Shown here one piece after another: positions 16,072 through 24,990 of a stretch of 64,000 nucleotides of DNA. This DNA is from Myxococcota bacterium (GTDB lineage Bacteria; Myxococcota_A; Polyangia; Nannocystales; Nannocystaceae). Under the pieces are notes generated by a model. It ran no database searches, was not told the origin of the DNA, and was given only the letters and a program-made list of their open reading frames with translations. The translations under genes and the position numbers were made by a program. Numbering within the stretch: position 1 is the stretch's first letter; every line of letters begins with the position of its first letter. The stretch is taken from the NCBI GenBank assembly GCA_039028615.1, contig JBCCHT010000022.1:64001-128000 (forward strand). The letters run 5' to 3'.

Positions 16072-17091
16072 ATGCACGCGGTCTTCATCACGAAACACGG
16101 CGGACCCGAGGTCCTGGAGGTCCGCGAAGCCCCTACCCCGGAGCCCGGACCCGGCGAAGTCCGCGTGGCCGTGACCCTGGCCGGGCTGAACTTCGCGGAG
16201 CTCAGCGCCCGGCAAGGCCTGTACCCCGATGCCCCCAAACCCCCGTGCGTGGTGGGCTATGAGGGCAGTGGCGTGGTCGAGGCCGTGGGCGAGGGCGTGC
16301 AAGCCCTCAAACGAGGCGATCGCGTCACCTACATGAGCCGCTTCGGCGGGCACGCGAGCCACGTGGTCGTGCCCGAGAGCCAGGCCCTGGCCATGCCCGA
16401 CTCGATGAGCTTCGAGGACGGCGCGGCGATGCCCGTCAACTACCTCACCGCGCACCACATGCTGTTCGAGATCGCCCGGGTCCGACCGGGCGACCACGTG
16501 TTGATCCACATGGCGGCCGGCGGCGTGGGCACGGCGGCGCTGCAGCTGTGCCAGACGGTCGAGGGCATCACGACCTACGGCACCGCCTCCGCCCCCAAGC
16601 ACGACTACGTGCGCACGCACGGCTGCGACCACCCCATCGACTACCGCTCCAAGGACTACAAGGAAGAAATCCTGAAGCTCACCGATGGGCGCGGCGTGGA
16701 CCTCGTGCTCGATGCTCTGGGCGGCCCCGATTTCCGCAAGGGCTACGAGCTGCTGGCCGCCGCGGGCACGCTCATCATGTTCGGCATCGCGAACACCAAC
16801 AAGGGTGGCAAGCGCAACCTGCTGCACGTCATCGGGCAGCTGCTTCGGATGCCGCGCTTTTCTCCCATCAAGCTCATGAACGACAACCGGACGGTCTCCG
16901 GCTGCAACATGGGTCACCTGTGGGACGAGCAGGTGCTGCTGCGAGGCCAGCTCGAGTCGCTGCTTCGCTTCTACGAGCAGGGCAAGATCAAGCCGCACGT
17001 GCATGCGATTCACTCGTTCGAGAACGCGGCCGAGGCCTTCGGCGACATCGAGTACGGGCGCAACTTGGGCAAGGTCTTATTGCGCCCGTAG
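16072..17091 (+). CDS. Medium-chain dehydrogenase/reductase, VAT-1 / quinone oxidoreductase-like
   Basis: MHAVFITKHGGPEVL, GLNFAE, GYEGSG, NADPH motif HMAAGGVG, and C-terminal GRNLGKVLL. Confidence 0.9.
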   Translation: MHAVFITKHGGPEVLEVREAPTPEPGPGEVRVAVTLAGLNFAELSARQGLYPDAPKPPCVVGYEGSGVVEAVGEGVQALKRGDRVTYMSRFGGHASHVVVPESQALAMPDSMSFEDGAAMPVNYLTAHHMLFEIARVRPGDHVLIHMAAGGVGTAALQLCQTVEGITTYGTASAPKHDYVRTHGCDHPIDYRSKDYKEEILKLTDGRGVDLVLDALGGPDFRKGYELLAAAGTLIMFGIANTNKGGKRNLLHVIGQLLRMPRFSPIKLMNDNRTVSGCNMGHLWDEQVLLRGQLESLLRFYEQGKIKPHVHAIHSFENAAEAFGDIEYGRNLGKVLLRP

Positions 17092-17207
17092 TCGCGCCCG
17101 ATGACGGCGCGGGTCGACAAATCCGCATTCGAACATCCGAACTTCGTACATCGGCCCGCGAGGAAACCCGCCTCGCGAGCCGGGTGTCGTAGGCAATTGC
17201 GGAGAGG

Positions 17208-19553
17208 ATGCGGATGAAACGACGACGAAGGTTCCCACGGGTGGCGCTGGCCATGCTTGCAACCCTGGCCATGGGTCCGGCCTGCCACGCGCCGGCCTCG
17301 ACCACGGCGGCCCCCACCACCCCGGCCGAGGCTTCGGCCCCGCAGACACCGTTCTCCGGCCTCAACTTGGGCTTCGAGGCCGCGGACACGGCCGAAGGCT
17401 GGGAGGTTGCGACGTCCGACTATGCGATTTCCATCACCGATGCCCATGCGGCCGAAGGCCAGCGCAGCCTCGAGCTGGTGCACGACGGTGAGCACGAGCG
17501 GGGCACGGCCACGCTGCAGCTGCCCATCGAAACCGTCGCCGCCAAGAAACTTCGGGCGACCGTCAAGGTACGCACCGAAGGCGTCGATCGGGGCGGCGTC
17601 GCCCTGCGCCTGACCGCCGCTCGTGGCGACGACGACCTGGGCCGTCGCGAGACGCCCATGCACCAGCGGGTCGGCGGCGACCGAGATTGGACCGAGCTGT
17701 CGCTCGAGCTGGCCGTGCCCGCCGACGCCGAGGACGTCACGCTCAAGCTCCTCCACCTGGGCTCGGGCACTGCGTGGTTCGACGACGTGCAGCTGTCGCT
17801 CAGCGAGCTCGACCCCGCGCCCGCCCCCACGCGCGTGCAAGGCCGAGTGCTCGGCGAATCCGGCAAGCCCGCGTCGGAGGCCTTCGTGGTGCTCATCTCT
17901 CGCAGCGGGCACCAAGTCACCGCCCGAACCGACGCCCAGGGCAGCTTCGACGTGGAGCTCCTGCCCGGCACCTATGCGATCGGGGCCAGCGATGCCCACG
18001 GGGTCGGCAACGCGGGCCTCGTGCTCGAGGCCGGCGCATCGCAGCCGCTCGAGCTCACGCTGGCCCCGGGCTCGCAACCCATCGGAGGCATCGTGCGAGA
18101 CCAAGACGGGCGCCCCTTCGAGGGCGCGCTGGCCATCGTCGCCACCGAGGACGAGCGCATGTTCCCCGTGCTCACCGACGACGACGGCCGCTGGTCCATC
18201 GACGTGCCCGCGGCGGGTCGCTACATGGCCGCCATCACCACCATCGATGGCGGTCAGCGCATGATCGAGATGATCGACGACACCTCGGTCGCCATCGAGA
18301 CCACCCTGCCCCGCGACGTCGTCGCGCCCCAAGCCGCGCTCGACTGGATCGGCGAGCATGCGGTTCCACTGCGCACCGTCGAGGCCGGCCAGGGCCTCGA
18401 CGACATGACGGGGCTCGACTCCATGGTCGGCTCCGCCACCGTCGTCGGCCTCGGCGAGACCACCCACGGCACCCGCGAGTTCTTCCAGATGAAGCACCGC
18501 ATGCTCGAGTACCTCGTGGAGCGTCACGGCTTCCGGGTGTTCGCCATCGAGGCCAACCGCACCGAGTGCCGGGCCATCGACCACTACATCCAGACCGGCG
18601 AGGGTGACCCCAAAGACGCGCTCGACGGCATCTACTTCTGGACCTGGAACACGCACGAGGTGCTCGAGCTCATCGAGTGGATGCGGGCCTACAATCAATC
18701 GCACGACGATCCGATCCACTTCGTCGGCTTCGATGCCCAGGTGCCCGACGTCGCGGCGCGCAATGTCGAGGCGTTCCTGGCCCAGGTCGCCCCCGATGCC
18801 CCCGAACGCGAAGCCGTGGCGCTGTTCGGGCGCCCGTGGAACGCCGAGGCCTTCGCCGAGCTGTCCGAAGAAGACCGCAAGACCACCATCGAGGCGCTCA
18901 TCGAGCTGGACAAACGCTTCGAGGACCACAAGTCCGCGTGGATCGCCGAGGCCTCGGCACTCGCGTTCACCAATGCCCGCGAAGACCTCGACGTCGTCCG
19001 CCACGTGGTGGGCATCCGCACCGCGCAGGGCATGGAGCAGTTCTCCGCCCGCGACTGGGCCATGGCCGACAACGTGCTGGCCATCGAGCGTCGCTACGGC
19101 AAGGGCACCAAGACCGTGCTGTGGGCGCACAACGGGCACATCGCGCGCTCGTGGAACCAAGCCGAGGTCATGGGTCAGTACTTGGGCCGGGCGCTGGGCG
19201 ACGACTACGTCTCGGTCGGCTTCGCCTTCGACCGCGGGGGTTTCCAGGCCATCGCCATGGAGGGCAACGAGTTCGGCGGCCTGCGCGAGCATGTCGTGGG
19301 GCCGGCGAAGCAGGGCGACTTCGAGGCCGCGCTGCGCGAAGGAGGCCCCGAGCTGTTTGCGCTGTCGCTGCGCGAGCTGCCGAAGTCGGGCGACGCCGCC
19401 ACCTTCCTTCGCTCCCCCATGGCCATGCGCCAGATCGGGGCCGGGTTCGACACCGACGACATCAGCGCGCGGGTCATCGCCTCCGTGCCCGAGCGCTTCG
19501 ATGTGATGCTCTTCGTCGAAGAGACGACCCGGGCTCGCCCCGTGCGTCGCTGA
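17208..19553 (+). CDS. Erythromycin esterase family lipoprotein with N-terminal CBM-like and carboxypeptidase-regulatory-like domains
   Basis: Lipobox-like MGPAC. AWFDDVQL (jelly-roll end), VQGRVL..G.P and TDAQGSF repeats, and Ere motifs GLGETTHGTREF, FAIEA, GFD, RD.AMADN and LWAHNGHI. Confidence 0.85.
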   Translation: MRMKRRRRFPRVALAMLATLAMGPACHAPASTTAAPTTPAEASAPQTPFSGLNLGFEAADTAEGWEVATSDYAISITDAHAAEGQRSLELVHDGEHERGTATLQLPIETVAAKKLRATVKVRTEGVDRGGVALRLTAARGDDDLGRRETPMHQRVGGDRDWTELSLELAVPADAEDVTLKLLHLGSGTAWFDDVQLSLSELDPAPAPTRVQGRVLGESGKPASEAFVVLISRSGHQVTARTDAQGSFDVELLPGTYAIGASDAHGVGNAGLVLEAGASQPLELTLAPGSQPIGGIVRDQDGRPFEGALAIVATEDERMFPVLTDDDGRWSIDVPAAGRYMAAITTIDGGQRMIEMIDDTSVAIETTLPRDVVAPQAALDWIGEHAVPLRTVEAGQGLDDMTGLDSMVGSATVVGLGETTHGTREFFQMKHRMLEYLVERHGFRVFAIEANRTECRAIDHYIQTGEGDPKDALDGIYFWTWNTHEVLELIEWMRAYNQSHDDPIHFVGFDAQVPDVAARNVEAFLAQVAPDAPEREAVALFGRPWNAEAFAELSEEDRKTTIEALIELDKRFEDHKSAWIAEASALAFTNAREDLDVVRHVVGIRTAQGMEQFSARDWAMADNVLAIERRYGKGTKTVLWAHNGHIARSWNQAEVMGQYLGRALGDDYVSVGFAFDRGGFQAIAMEGNEFGGLREHVVGPAKQGDFEAALREGGPELFALSLRELPKSGDAATFLRSPMAMRQIGAGFDTDDISARVIASVPERFDVMLFVEETTRARPVRR

Positions 19554-19564
19554 GCGGATGGGTG

Positions 19565-20530
19565 CTAACCCGCTGCGCCGCCGGCCTTGGCCAGCTGGCC
19601 CGCGTTGACCCCGGTCACGTCGAAGCCCTTGGCCTTGGCCAGCATCTTGTCCAGGACTTCGTCCCAGGGCGGAAGCTCGCCCTTGGCGAAGCGTATCGGG
19701 TTGCAGCGCGCGATGACGAAGGCCTTGAGGTAGGGGCTCTCGAGGCCCTTTTCCTTGAGTGCCTTCACCACATCGGCCACGACCCCGTCGAGCTCGAGCA
19801 GCTTGGCCGCCCGCGCCTCGCGGATACCGATGGACTCGGACAGCGGCTTGTCCGAAAAATCCTCGATGCGCTTGAGGATGGGGGCGTAGGCGCTGCCCGA
19901 GAACCGAGCCTTCTGCTCGTAACACACCCCCAGTGTCAGCAGCGGGGGCTCCTCGAACTCCATGGCGAAGGCGGACTCGGGTCGGTCGTCGAGGTCGGCC
20001 AGCGAGCGAGCCATGCGGATGACCTCGAGCGCCTTTTCCTTGACGTTGTGGGCCTTCTCCGTGTTGAGTGCGAGGATCTTGTACATGACCTCGGTCTGCG
20101 GAACGACCAGCGAGATGATGGTGCCGCCGCCCAGGTCGCGCACCGCGTTGAGTCGGTGCATGCCGTTCGGGGTCCAGTAGCCGCCCTCGGGCGCGCGCAC
20201 GGTGATGATCGGATCCAAGAAGCGGTCGAGCTTGTCGATGACCCCGGTCAGGCGCTTGGCGTGGGTCGCCGACAGGTCGCGCTGGAACGGGGTGGGCGCG
20301 ACCTTGTCGATGGGCAGCGCGGCCACGACCGTGAAGTGTCCGCCGATGGGCTCGCGGTAGGTGGCCAGCACCACGCCGCCGTCCGCCTCGATGGTCGTGC
20401 GCAGGTCGACGACGTCCTCGGGCACGTCCCCCTCGACCACCGCGCTCGGCGTCAGACCCCGCGAGCCGGGCTCGGCCTTCTTGCGACGAGTGGACTTCTT
20501 CTTGGTGGTCTTCTTCTTGCTTTCCGCCAC
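19565..20530 (-). CDS. Stand-alone ParB/Srx N-terminal domain protein
   Basis: Likely GTG 20530 (MAESKKKTTKKKSTRRKK). PTPFQRDL, FLDPII and the arginine-patch-like NGMHRLNA (GxxRxxA). Confidence 0.8.
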   Translation of the reverse strand: MAESKKKTTKKKSTRRKKAEPGSRGLTPSAVVEGDVPEDVVDLRTTIEADGGVVLATYREPIGGHFTVVAALPIDKVAPTPFQRDLSATHAKRLTGVIDKLDRFLDPIITVRAPEGGYWTPNGMHRLNAVRDLGGGTIISLVVPQTEVMYKILALNTEKAHNVKEKALEVIRMARSLADLDDRPESAFAMEFEEPPLLTLGVCYEQKARFSGSAYAPILKRIEDFSDKPLSESIGIREARAAKLLELDGVVADVVKALKEKGLESPYLKAFVIARCNPIRFAKGELPPWDEVLDKMLAKAKGFDVTGVNAGQLAKAGGAAG

Positions 20531-20788
20531 GGCGATCTCGCCTAGTGGTAACCGAAGCGGGACCCGCGGCGCCAGTGAGGCGCCCCTCACCAAAGCCGGC
20601 CCAAGTCGGGATGACGGCCGTTATTTGGCGTTCCCGGGGCGAATGCGCGATCGTGGACCCGAGTCCACCGGGGTCGCGCGACGAGCGGCTTTGGTCGTGG
20701 CATGAATAATCAGCGGCAAGATCGCATCCCACCTGACCGCACGCCCGCGCCCGTCCTCTCCTTCGCCTGCAGGATCCGACCTCACACC

Positions 20789-21472
20789 ATGAAAACCCGC
20801 GCTCGCACTCTGTTCAGCCTCGGCCTCGCTTCTGCCGCCCTCGTCGCCACCGCAGGGCTGTCGACCGACGCCGAGGCCCGGCCCAACATCAAGCGCCGCG
20901 GCGGGCAGTGGGGCGTGATGCTGGGCGGCTCGGCCTGCATTCCGGGCAAGGCCGAGTGCACGCGCGAGACGGTGACCATCGACGGCCGCACCCGGCCCTC
21001 GCTCGGCACGGGCGCCGAGCTCGGCTACCGCTTCAATCGCTACGTGTTCGCGGGCGCGGCCTACAACCTCGGGTTCTTCGACACCGAGTACTCCATCGCG
21101 GACAACGTGGGCACCTACCGCCGCGGCTATCAAAACAGCGTGTTCGGCGTGGTGCGCCCCACCCTCCCCGTGTGGCGCTTCGACTTCGGGCTGGGCGTCG
21201 GGGTCGGCTTCTCCCGCCAGACCTTCAAGTGGGACAACGGCAGCGACAAAGACTACTCGCAGGGCCTCGCGTTCAAGCTGGCGCCCTCGGTCGACATCTA
21301 CGTCAGCCGCCGCGTGTTCGTGGGCGCCAAGATGGACCTGCTGCTCAACGCCCATAGCCGCACCTGCCACCAGCGCGGCGCGAATACCAACTGCACCGAC
21401 GTCGCCACCGACGACATCGCGCCCGTGCATCAGATGATCTTCGGGCTGCACGTGGGCGGCACGTTCCTGTAG
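20789..21472 (+). CDS. Small outer-membrane beta-barrel protein
   Basis: Signal peptide ending AEA and alternating strands (GAELGYRF, FDFGLGVGVGF, FGLHVGGTFL). Confidence 0.75.
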   Translation: MKTRARTLFSLGLASAALVATAGLSTDAEARPNIKRRGGQWGVMLGGSACIPGKAECTRETVTIDGRTRPSLGTGAELGYRFNRYVFAGAAYNLGFFDTEYSIADNVGTYRRGYQNSVFGVVRPTLPVWRFDFGLGVGVGFSRQTFKWDNGSDKDYSQGLAFKLAPSVDIYVSRRVFVGAKMDLLLNAHSRTCHQRGANTNCTDVATDDIAPVHQMIFGLHVGGTFL

Positions 21473-21483
21473 CGCGGCCCCGG

Positions 21484-22407
21484 TCAGCGACGCTGCATCC
21501 ATGCGGTGCACCGCGTGGCCCGGTCGGCAAAGCGCGATGCGACCGCACCGTGGATGGTCCGCACCCGAGCGGGGATGAACCGACGACTCGGAAACACGGC
21601 GTGGATGGGGATTGGCTCGCCCGCATACTGCGGTAGCACGTGGACCAAGCGACCATCTTCGAGGTCGTCGATCACGTCGAAGAGGCTCTTGAACGTGATG
21701 CCATGCCCGTCGATGGCCCATCGTCGCGCGAGGTAGCCGTCGCCGCACAGCGGATTGTCGGGGCGTACCTCGTGGAGCTTCGCCTTGTCTCGGTGACGGA
21801 GTGGCCACGCTCGCATCGGCTGCCCCCCCAGGTGCAGGGTCAAGCAACGATGACTCTCGAGCGCGCGCAGGCTGGTCGGAGCCCCCGCTTCGGCGAGGTA
21901 CGAGGGCGCGGCCACCAAGACGCCCGGACACTCGACGAGCTTTCTCGCCGATAGCGTGCTGTCCGCCAAGCGACCATAGCGGATCGCCATGTCGATGGCA
22001 TCACGCTGCAGGTGCTGGGGCGTGTCGCTGGTGTGGATCACGATCTGTAGAGCGGGGTGCTCTTCGTGGAGCGCTGCGGCCACCGGTTGGATCACCTCGT
22101 ATGCCGTGTCTGCAGGCGCCGAGAGGGTGACGCTCCCTGCGAGCTCGGCCCCGTGCTCCCGAGCGTCGTCCAGGGTTCGCCGCCACAGGTCGACGAGGTC
22201 TCGGCACCCCTCGATGAGCAGAGCGCCCTCGTTCGTCGGACGCAACGAACGCGTCGACCGCTCGAACAGCCGCATCCCCAGCGCCTCTTCGATTCGCTGA
22301 ATCGAAGCACTGACCGCGGCCGGAGTCAGGTGAACCTGAGCTGCTGCGCGCGTCATCGAGCCAGCTTCGGCAACACGGACCAACAGCTCCATATCGGGGA
22401 TCCTCAT
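21484..22407 (-). CDS. LysR family transcriptional regulator (CrgA/DmlR-like)
   Basis: HTH segment VAEAGSMTRAA..LTPAAVS..IQRIEEALGMRLFERSTRSLRPT. Substrate domain DMAIRYG.L.DS.L.ARKL and CLT. Start 22407 or 22410. Confidence 0.92.
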   Translation of the reverse strand: MRIPDMELLVRVAEAGSMTRAAAQVHLTPAAVSASIQRIEEALGMRLFERSTRSLRPTNEGALLIEGCRDLVDLWRRTLDDAREHGAELAGSVTLSAPADTAYEVIQPVAAALHEEHPALQIVIHTSDTPQHLQRDAIDMAIRYGRLADSTLSARKLVECPGVLVAAPSYLAEAGAPTSLRALESHRCLTLHLGGQPMRAWPLRHRDKAKLHEVRPDNPLCGDGYLARRWAIDGHGITFKSLFDVIDDLEDGRLVHVLPQYAGEPIPIHAVFPSRRFIPARVRTIHGAVASRFADRATRCTAWMQRR

Positions 22408-22431
22408 CACCTGCCTTATTACCAATATTTT

Positions 22432-22448
22432 ATTGAAAAAAGTACAAT
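22432..22448. promoter_or_regulatory. Putative LysR recognition site
   Basis: ATTG-N9-CAAT dyad containing T-N11-A, in an AT-rich divergent intergenic region. Confidence 0.5.
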
Positions 22449-22521
22449 TGAATCTCGCTAGAACCGAGACGAGCACAGCTCTACGTTGGAAGTGTCCAAC
22501 ACGGACAGAAAGTCCTGAACG

Positions 22522-22824
22522 ATGAGCTACTACTCCATCCTCGATGTCACCCCCACTTCCGACGCCTGGGTCGCGAACTACCTCCCCGTCGCCAACCGAC
22601 TGGTGGCGAAGCACGGCGGTCGATATCTCGCGCGCACGGCCAGTCATGAGCAGCTCGAGGGCGACGAAGCGAGCGCAGCGCTTCGCATCGTGCTCGAGTG
22701 GCCCACCGAGGAGGCGGCCAAGTCGTTCATGAGCGACCCGGAGTACGCCGAGCATCTAGCCGCTCGCACCGCCGGATCCGTCAGCCACCACTTCTTGCTC
22801 GAGGGCAAGGACGACTTCGCCTGA
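22522..22824 (+). CDS. DUF1330 domain protein
   Basis: Y...ANRLVAKHGGRYLAR...LEG...IVLEWPTEEAAKSFMSDPEY...AAR. Confidence 0.88.
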   Translation: MSYYSILDVTPTSDAWVANYLPVANRLVAKHGGRYLARTASHEQLEGDEASAALRIVLEWPTEEAAKSFMSDPEYAEHLAARTAGSVSHHFLLEGKDDFA

Positions 22825-22846
22825 GCCGTACGGGAGGACCTCGGAC

Positions 22847-23623
22847 ATGGCTCGCATGGCAACCGTCAACTATCACGTCCAGAGTGCACACCGGCCCACG
22901 TATCAAATCGATGCGGGCGGCGTGACGGGGAAAATCGTCTCCCCCGAGCACGTCGAGACCACCGTGAGAGTGAAAGACGTGCGCAGCGGAGAGGCCTCCG
23001 TCTCGTTCTCCGACGATGCGGTGATGTTCGAGCACCTCCCGACCGGCGTCACCTCGTTCGAGCAAGGCGACTGGAGGGCCACTTACGATCGAGAGCTCGC
23101 GTCGTTGTTGAAGGCCAGGGTCGGCGCGCACGAGGTGTTGGTGTTCGATCACACCATCCGGGAAGACGACCGGTCCTCTTCCCGGCGACCCGCCCGCAAC
23201 GTTCATACGGACTACAGCCCGGAGGGTGCCCGTCAGCGGCTCACCGATCTCCTGGGCGAGACCAGAGCGGCCGAGTGGGCTCGAGGGCACTACGCGTTCA
23301 TCAACCTATGGCGCCCCATCGGCCACCGGGTGAACAGTGCCCCCCTCGGTTTCGTTCGTCCGTCCAGCGTCTCGCCGGAGGACTGGGTGTCGATCGACCT
23401 GATCTATCCAGACCGCACGGGTCACATCATGGGCCTGTGCGCCAACGACCGTCACGAGTGGGTCTATTGCTCGCGCATGGGCCCCGACGAACTCGCGTGG
23501 TTCAACATCTTCGACAGCCGTGGGTTGCCGTCCGTTGCGCACAGCGCACTGAACCTCGTCGAAGATGACCGCGTCGCCGACATCCGCCGGAGCATCGAGA
23601 GCCGTACGCTCGTACGCTACTGA
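22847..23623 (+). CDS. CmcJ/NvfI (AsaB-like) family oxidoreductase
   Basis: VFDHTIR, PARNVHTDY (HxD), INLWRPI, PL, and AHSA..RRSIESR. Confidence 0.85.
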   Translation: MARMATVNYHVQSAHRPTYQIDAGGVTGKIVSPEHVETTVRVKDVRSGEASVSFSDDAVMFEHLPTGVTSFEQGDWRATYDRELASLLKARVGAHEVLVFDHTIREDDRSSSRRPARNVHTDYSPEGARQRLTDLLGETRAAEWARGHYAFINLWRPIGHRVNSAPLGFVRPSSVSPEDWVSIDLIYPDRTGHIMGLCANDRHEWVYCSRMGPDELAWFNIFDSRGLPSVAHSALNLVEDDRVADIRRSIESRTLVRY

Positions 23624-23634
23624 TCGACCGCCGG

Positions 23635-24570
23635 CTAGCGCCGTACACCCGTGACCAGCACGTAGTGCTTGCCGGTCACGAACACGCGGAAGCGATGCTG
23701 CTGCAGGTACTTCCGGTAGAATGCGACCCCTTTGATCAGCAAGGAGAGGTCCGGCTGCCGGAAGTTCTTCATGCGCGCGCCGTACTCGACCTCGCCGTCG
23801 AGGTAGCGACAATTGGGGATCCCGAGGATCACCGTGCCGGCCCGCGGCAGGCGATGCTGGACGATGTCGCGCAGGACCTCGCGATCGTCGACGCCCGGGC
23901 TCTGGAGCGTGCCCAAGCTGAGCACGAGGTCGAAGCGCCCCAGCTCGAGCCCGGAAAGCGCCCCCAGGTCGGCTTCGATGAACTCGTGGCGCGACGGGTC
24001 GAAGCGCTCACGGGCCCGCGCGATGGCGGTAGCGCTATGGTCCACGCCGACGAAGGATCCCGAGCGGCGCAGGGGTTCGGACAGCGCGGACAGCAGCGTG
24101 AACTCGTCGCCCGTGTTGATGCCCAGATCGAGCACCCGGGCGTCGTCGCCCAGCTCGGCGCGCTCCAGCGCATCGGCGAGGTCGACGATCAAGCCGGGGT
24201 CCTCGAGCTTGGAGATGCGCTGGTAGCCCGAGTCCATGCCGTATTTCTCGGAGACCTCGGGCACAGCGGTACCCTGCCAGCGCTGGGTCGGGTCGAGGGC
24301 CTCGAAGGTCAAGGCGATGAACCCGGGCGTGTGCACGCGCGGCGTAAACAGGCGTAGGCCGAGGCGCTCGGCCAGGTCCACCCAGAGTCGAAACGGCCGA
24401 TGCACGTGCGGTCGCCCCTCGTGTTCGACCCTCTCTCCCGCGTACCGCCCCACGCCGAGATCGGGATCGAGCACCTCGATGGTGACCCGCTCGCGACCGT
24501 CGACACACCGCGCGTTCAGGTGCTCGAGGATCACCAGCAGCGGCTCGTCGGTGAAGCGGCGCATCGACAC
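23635..24570 (-). CDS. Class I SAM-dependent methyltransferase with an unknown N-terminal domain
   Basis: VLDLGINTG, VGVDHS, FIEADL and FDLVL motifs. Confidence 0.8.
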   Translation of the reverse strand: MSMRRFTDEPLLVILEHLNARCVDGRERVTIEVLDPDLGVGRYAGERVEHEGRPHVHRPFRLWVDLAERLGLRLFTPRVHTPGFIALTFEALDPTQRWQGTAVPEVSEKYGMDSGYQRISKLEDPGLIVDLADALERAELGDDARVLDLGINTGDEFTLLSALSEPLRRSGSFVGVDHSATAIARARERFDPSRHEFIEADLGALSGLELGRFDLVLSLGTLQSPGVDDREVLRDIVQHRLPRAGTVILGIPNCRYLDGEVEYGARMKNFRQPDLSLLIKGVAFYRKYLQQHRFRVFVTGKHYVLVTGVRR

Positions 24571-24585
24571 GACCTCGGGCTTCGC

Positions 24586-24990
24586 TCAGGAAAACGCGCT
24601 CACCAAGGCATCGGGAATCTTGGTGGGTCGACCGGTCTCGAAGCTCACGAAGACCCAGTGCGTCACGGCCCGCGCGAGCATGCGGTCTTCCCCGACCCGC
24701 TGGATCTCGGTGTGTCGCGAGCACGACACTCGCTTCCAGGGCTCCACGCGCGTGGTGACGGCGATGCGGTCCCCGAGCCGCGCGGGCAGCAGGTAGTCGA
24801 CCTCCTGCCGCCGTACGATGAAGATGCCGCCCAAGCGCCGATACGCGGCGTGGTCGAAGCCCTCCGCGTCCGAGTGGGCCCGCGCCGCATCGAGCACCCA
24901 GCGTACGTACACCAGGTTGGAGACGTGCTCGTTCTCGTCGATGTCGGCCGGCTCGACCGGCACCTCGAGCGTGAACCGAGGAACGCTCAC
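24586..24990 (-). CDS. Acyl-CoA thioesterase (4HBT/YbgC hot-dog family)
   Basis: GTG 24990 overlaps the upstream TGA. DIDENEHVSNLVYVRW, VDYLLPARLGD and GRPTKIP. Confidence 0.9.
   Translation of the reverse strand: MSVPRFTLEVPVEPADIDENEHVSNLVYVRWVLDAARAHSDAEGFDHAAYRRLGGIFIVRRQEVDYLLPARLGDRIAVTTRVEPWKRVSCSRHTEIQRVGEDRMLARAVTHWVFVSFETGRPTKIPDALVSAFS

Noticed and set aside
17010..20732. 1240-aa minus-strand ORF, plus other long overlapping ORFs (46947..49724, 49809..52577, 52544..54937, 30704..32581)
   Set aside because: These are antisense or alternate-frame shadows of well-supported genes, with no motifs. Such shadows are expected at high GC.
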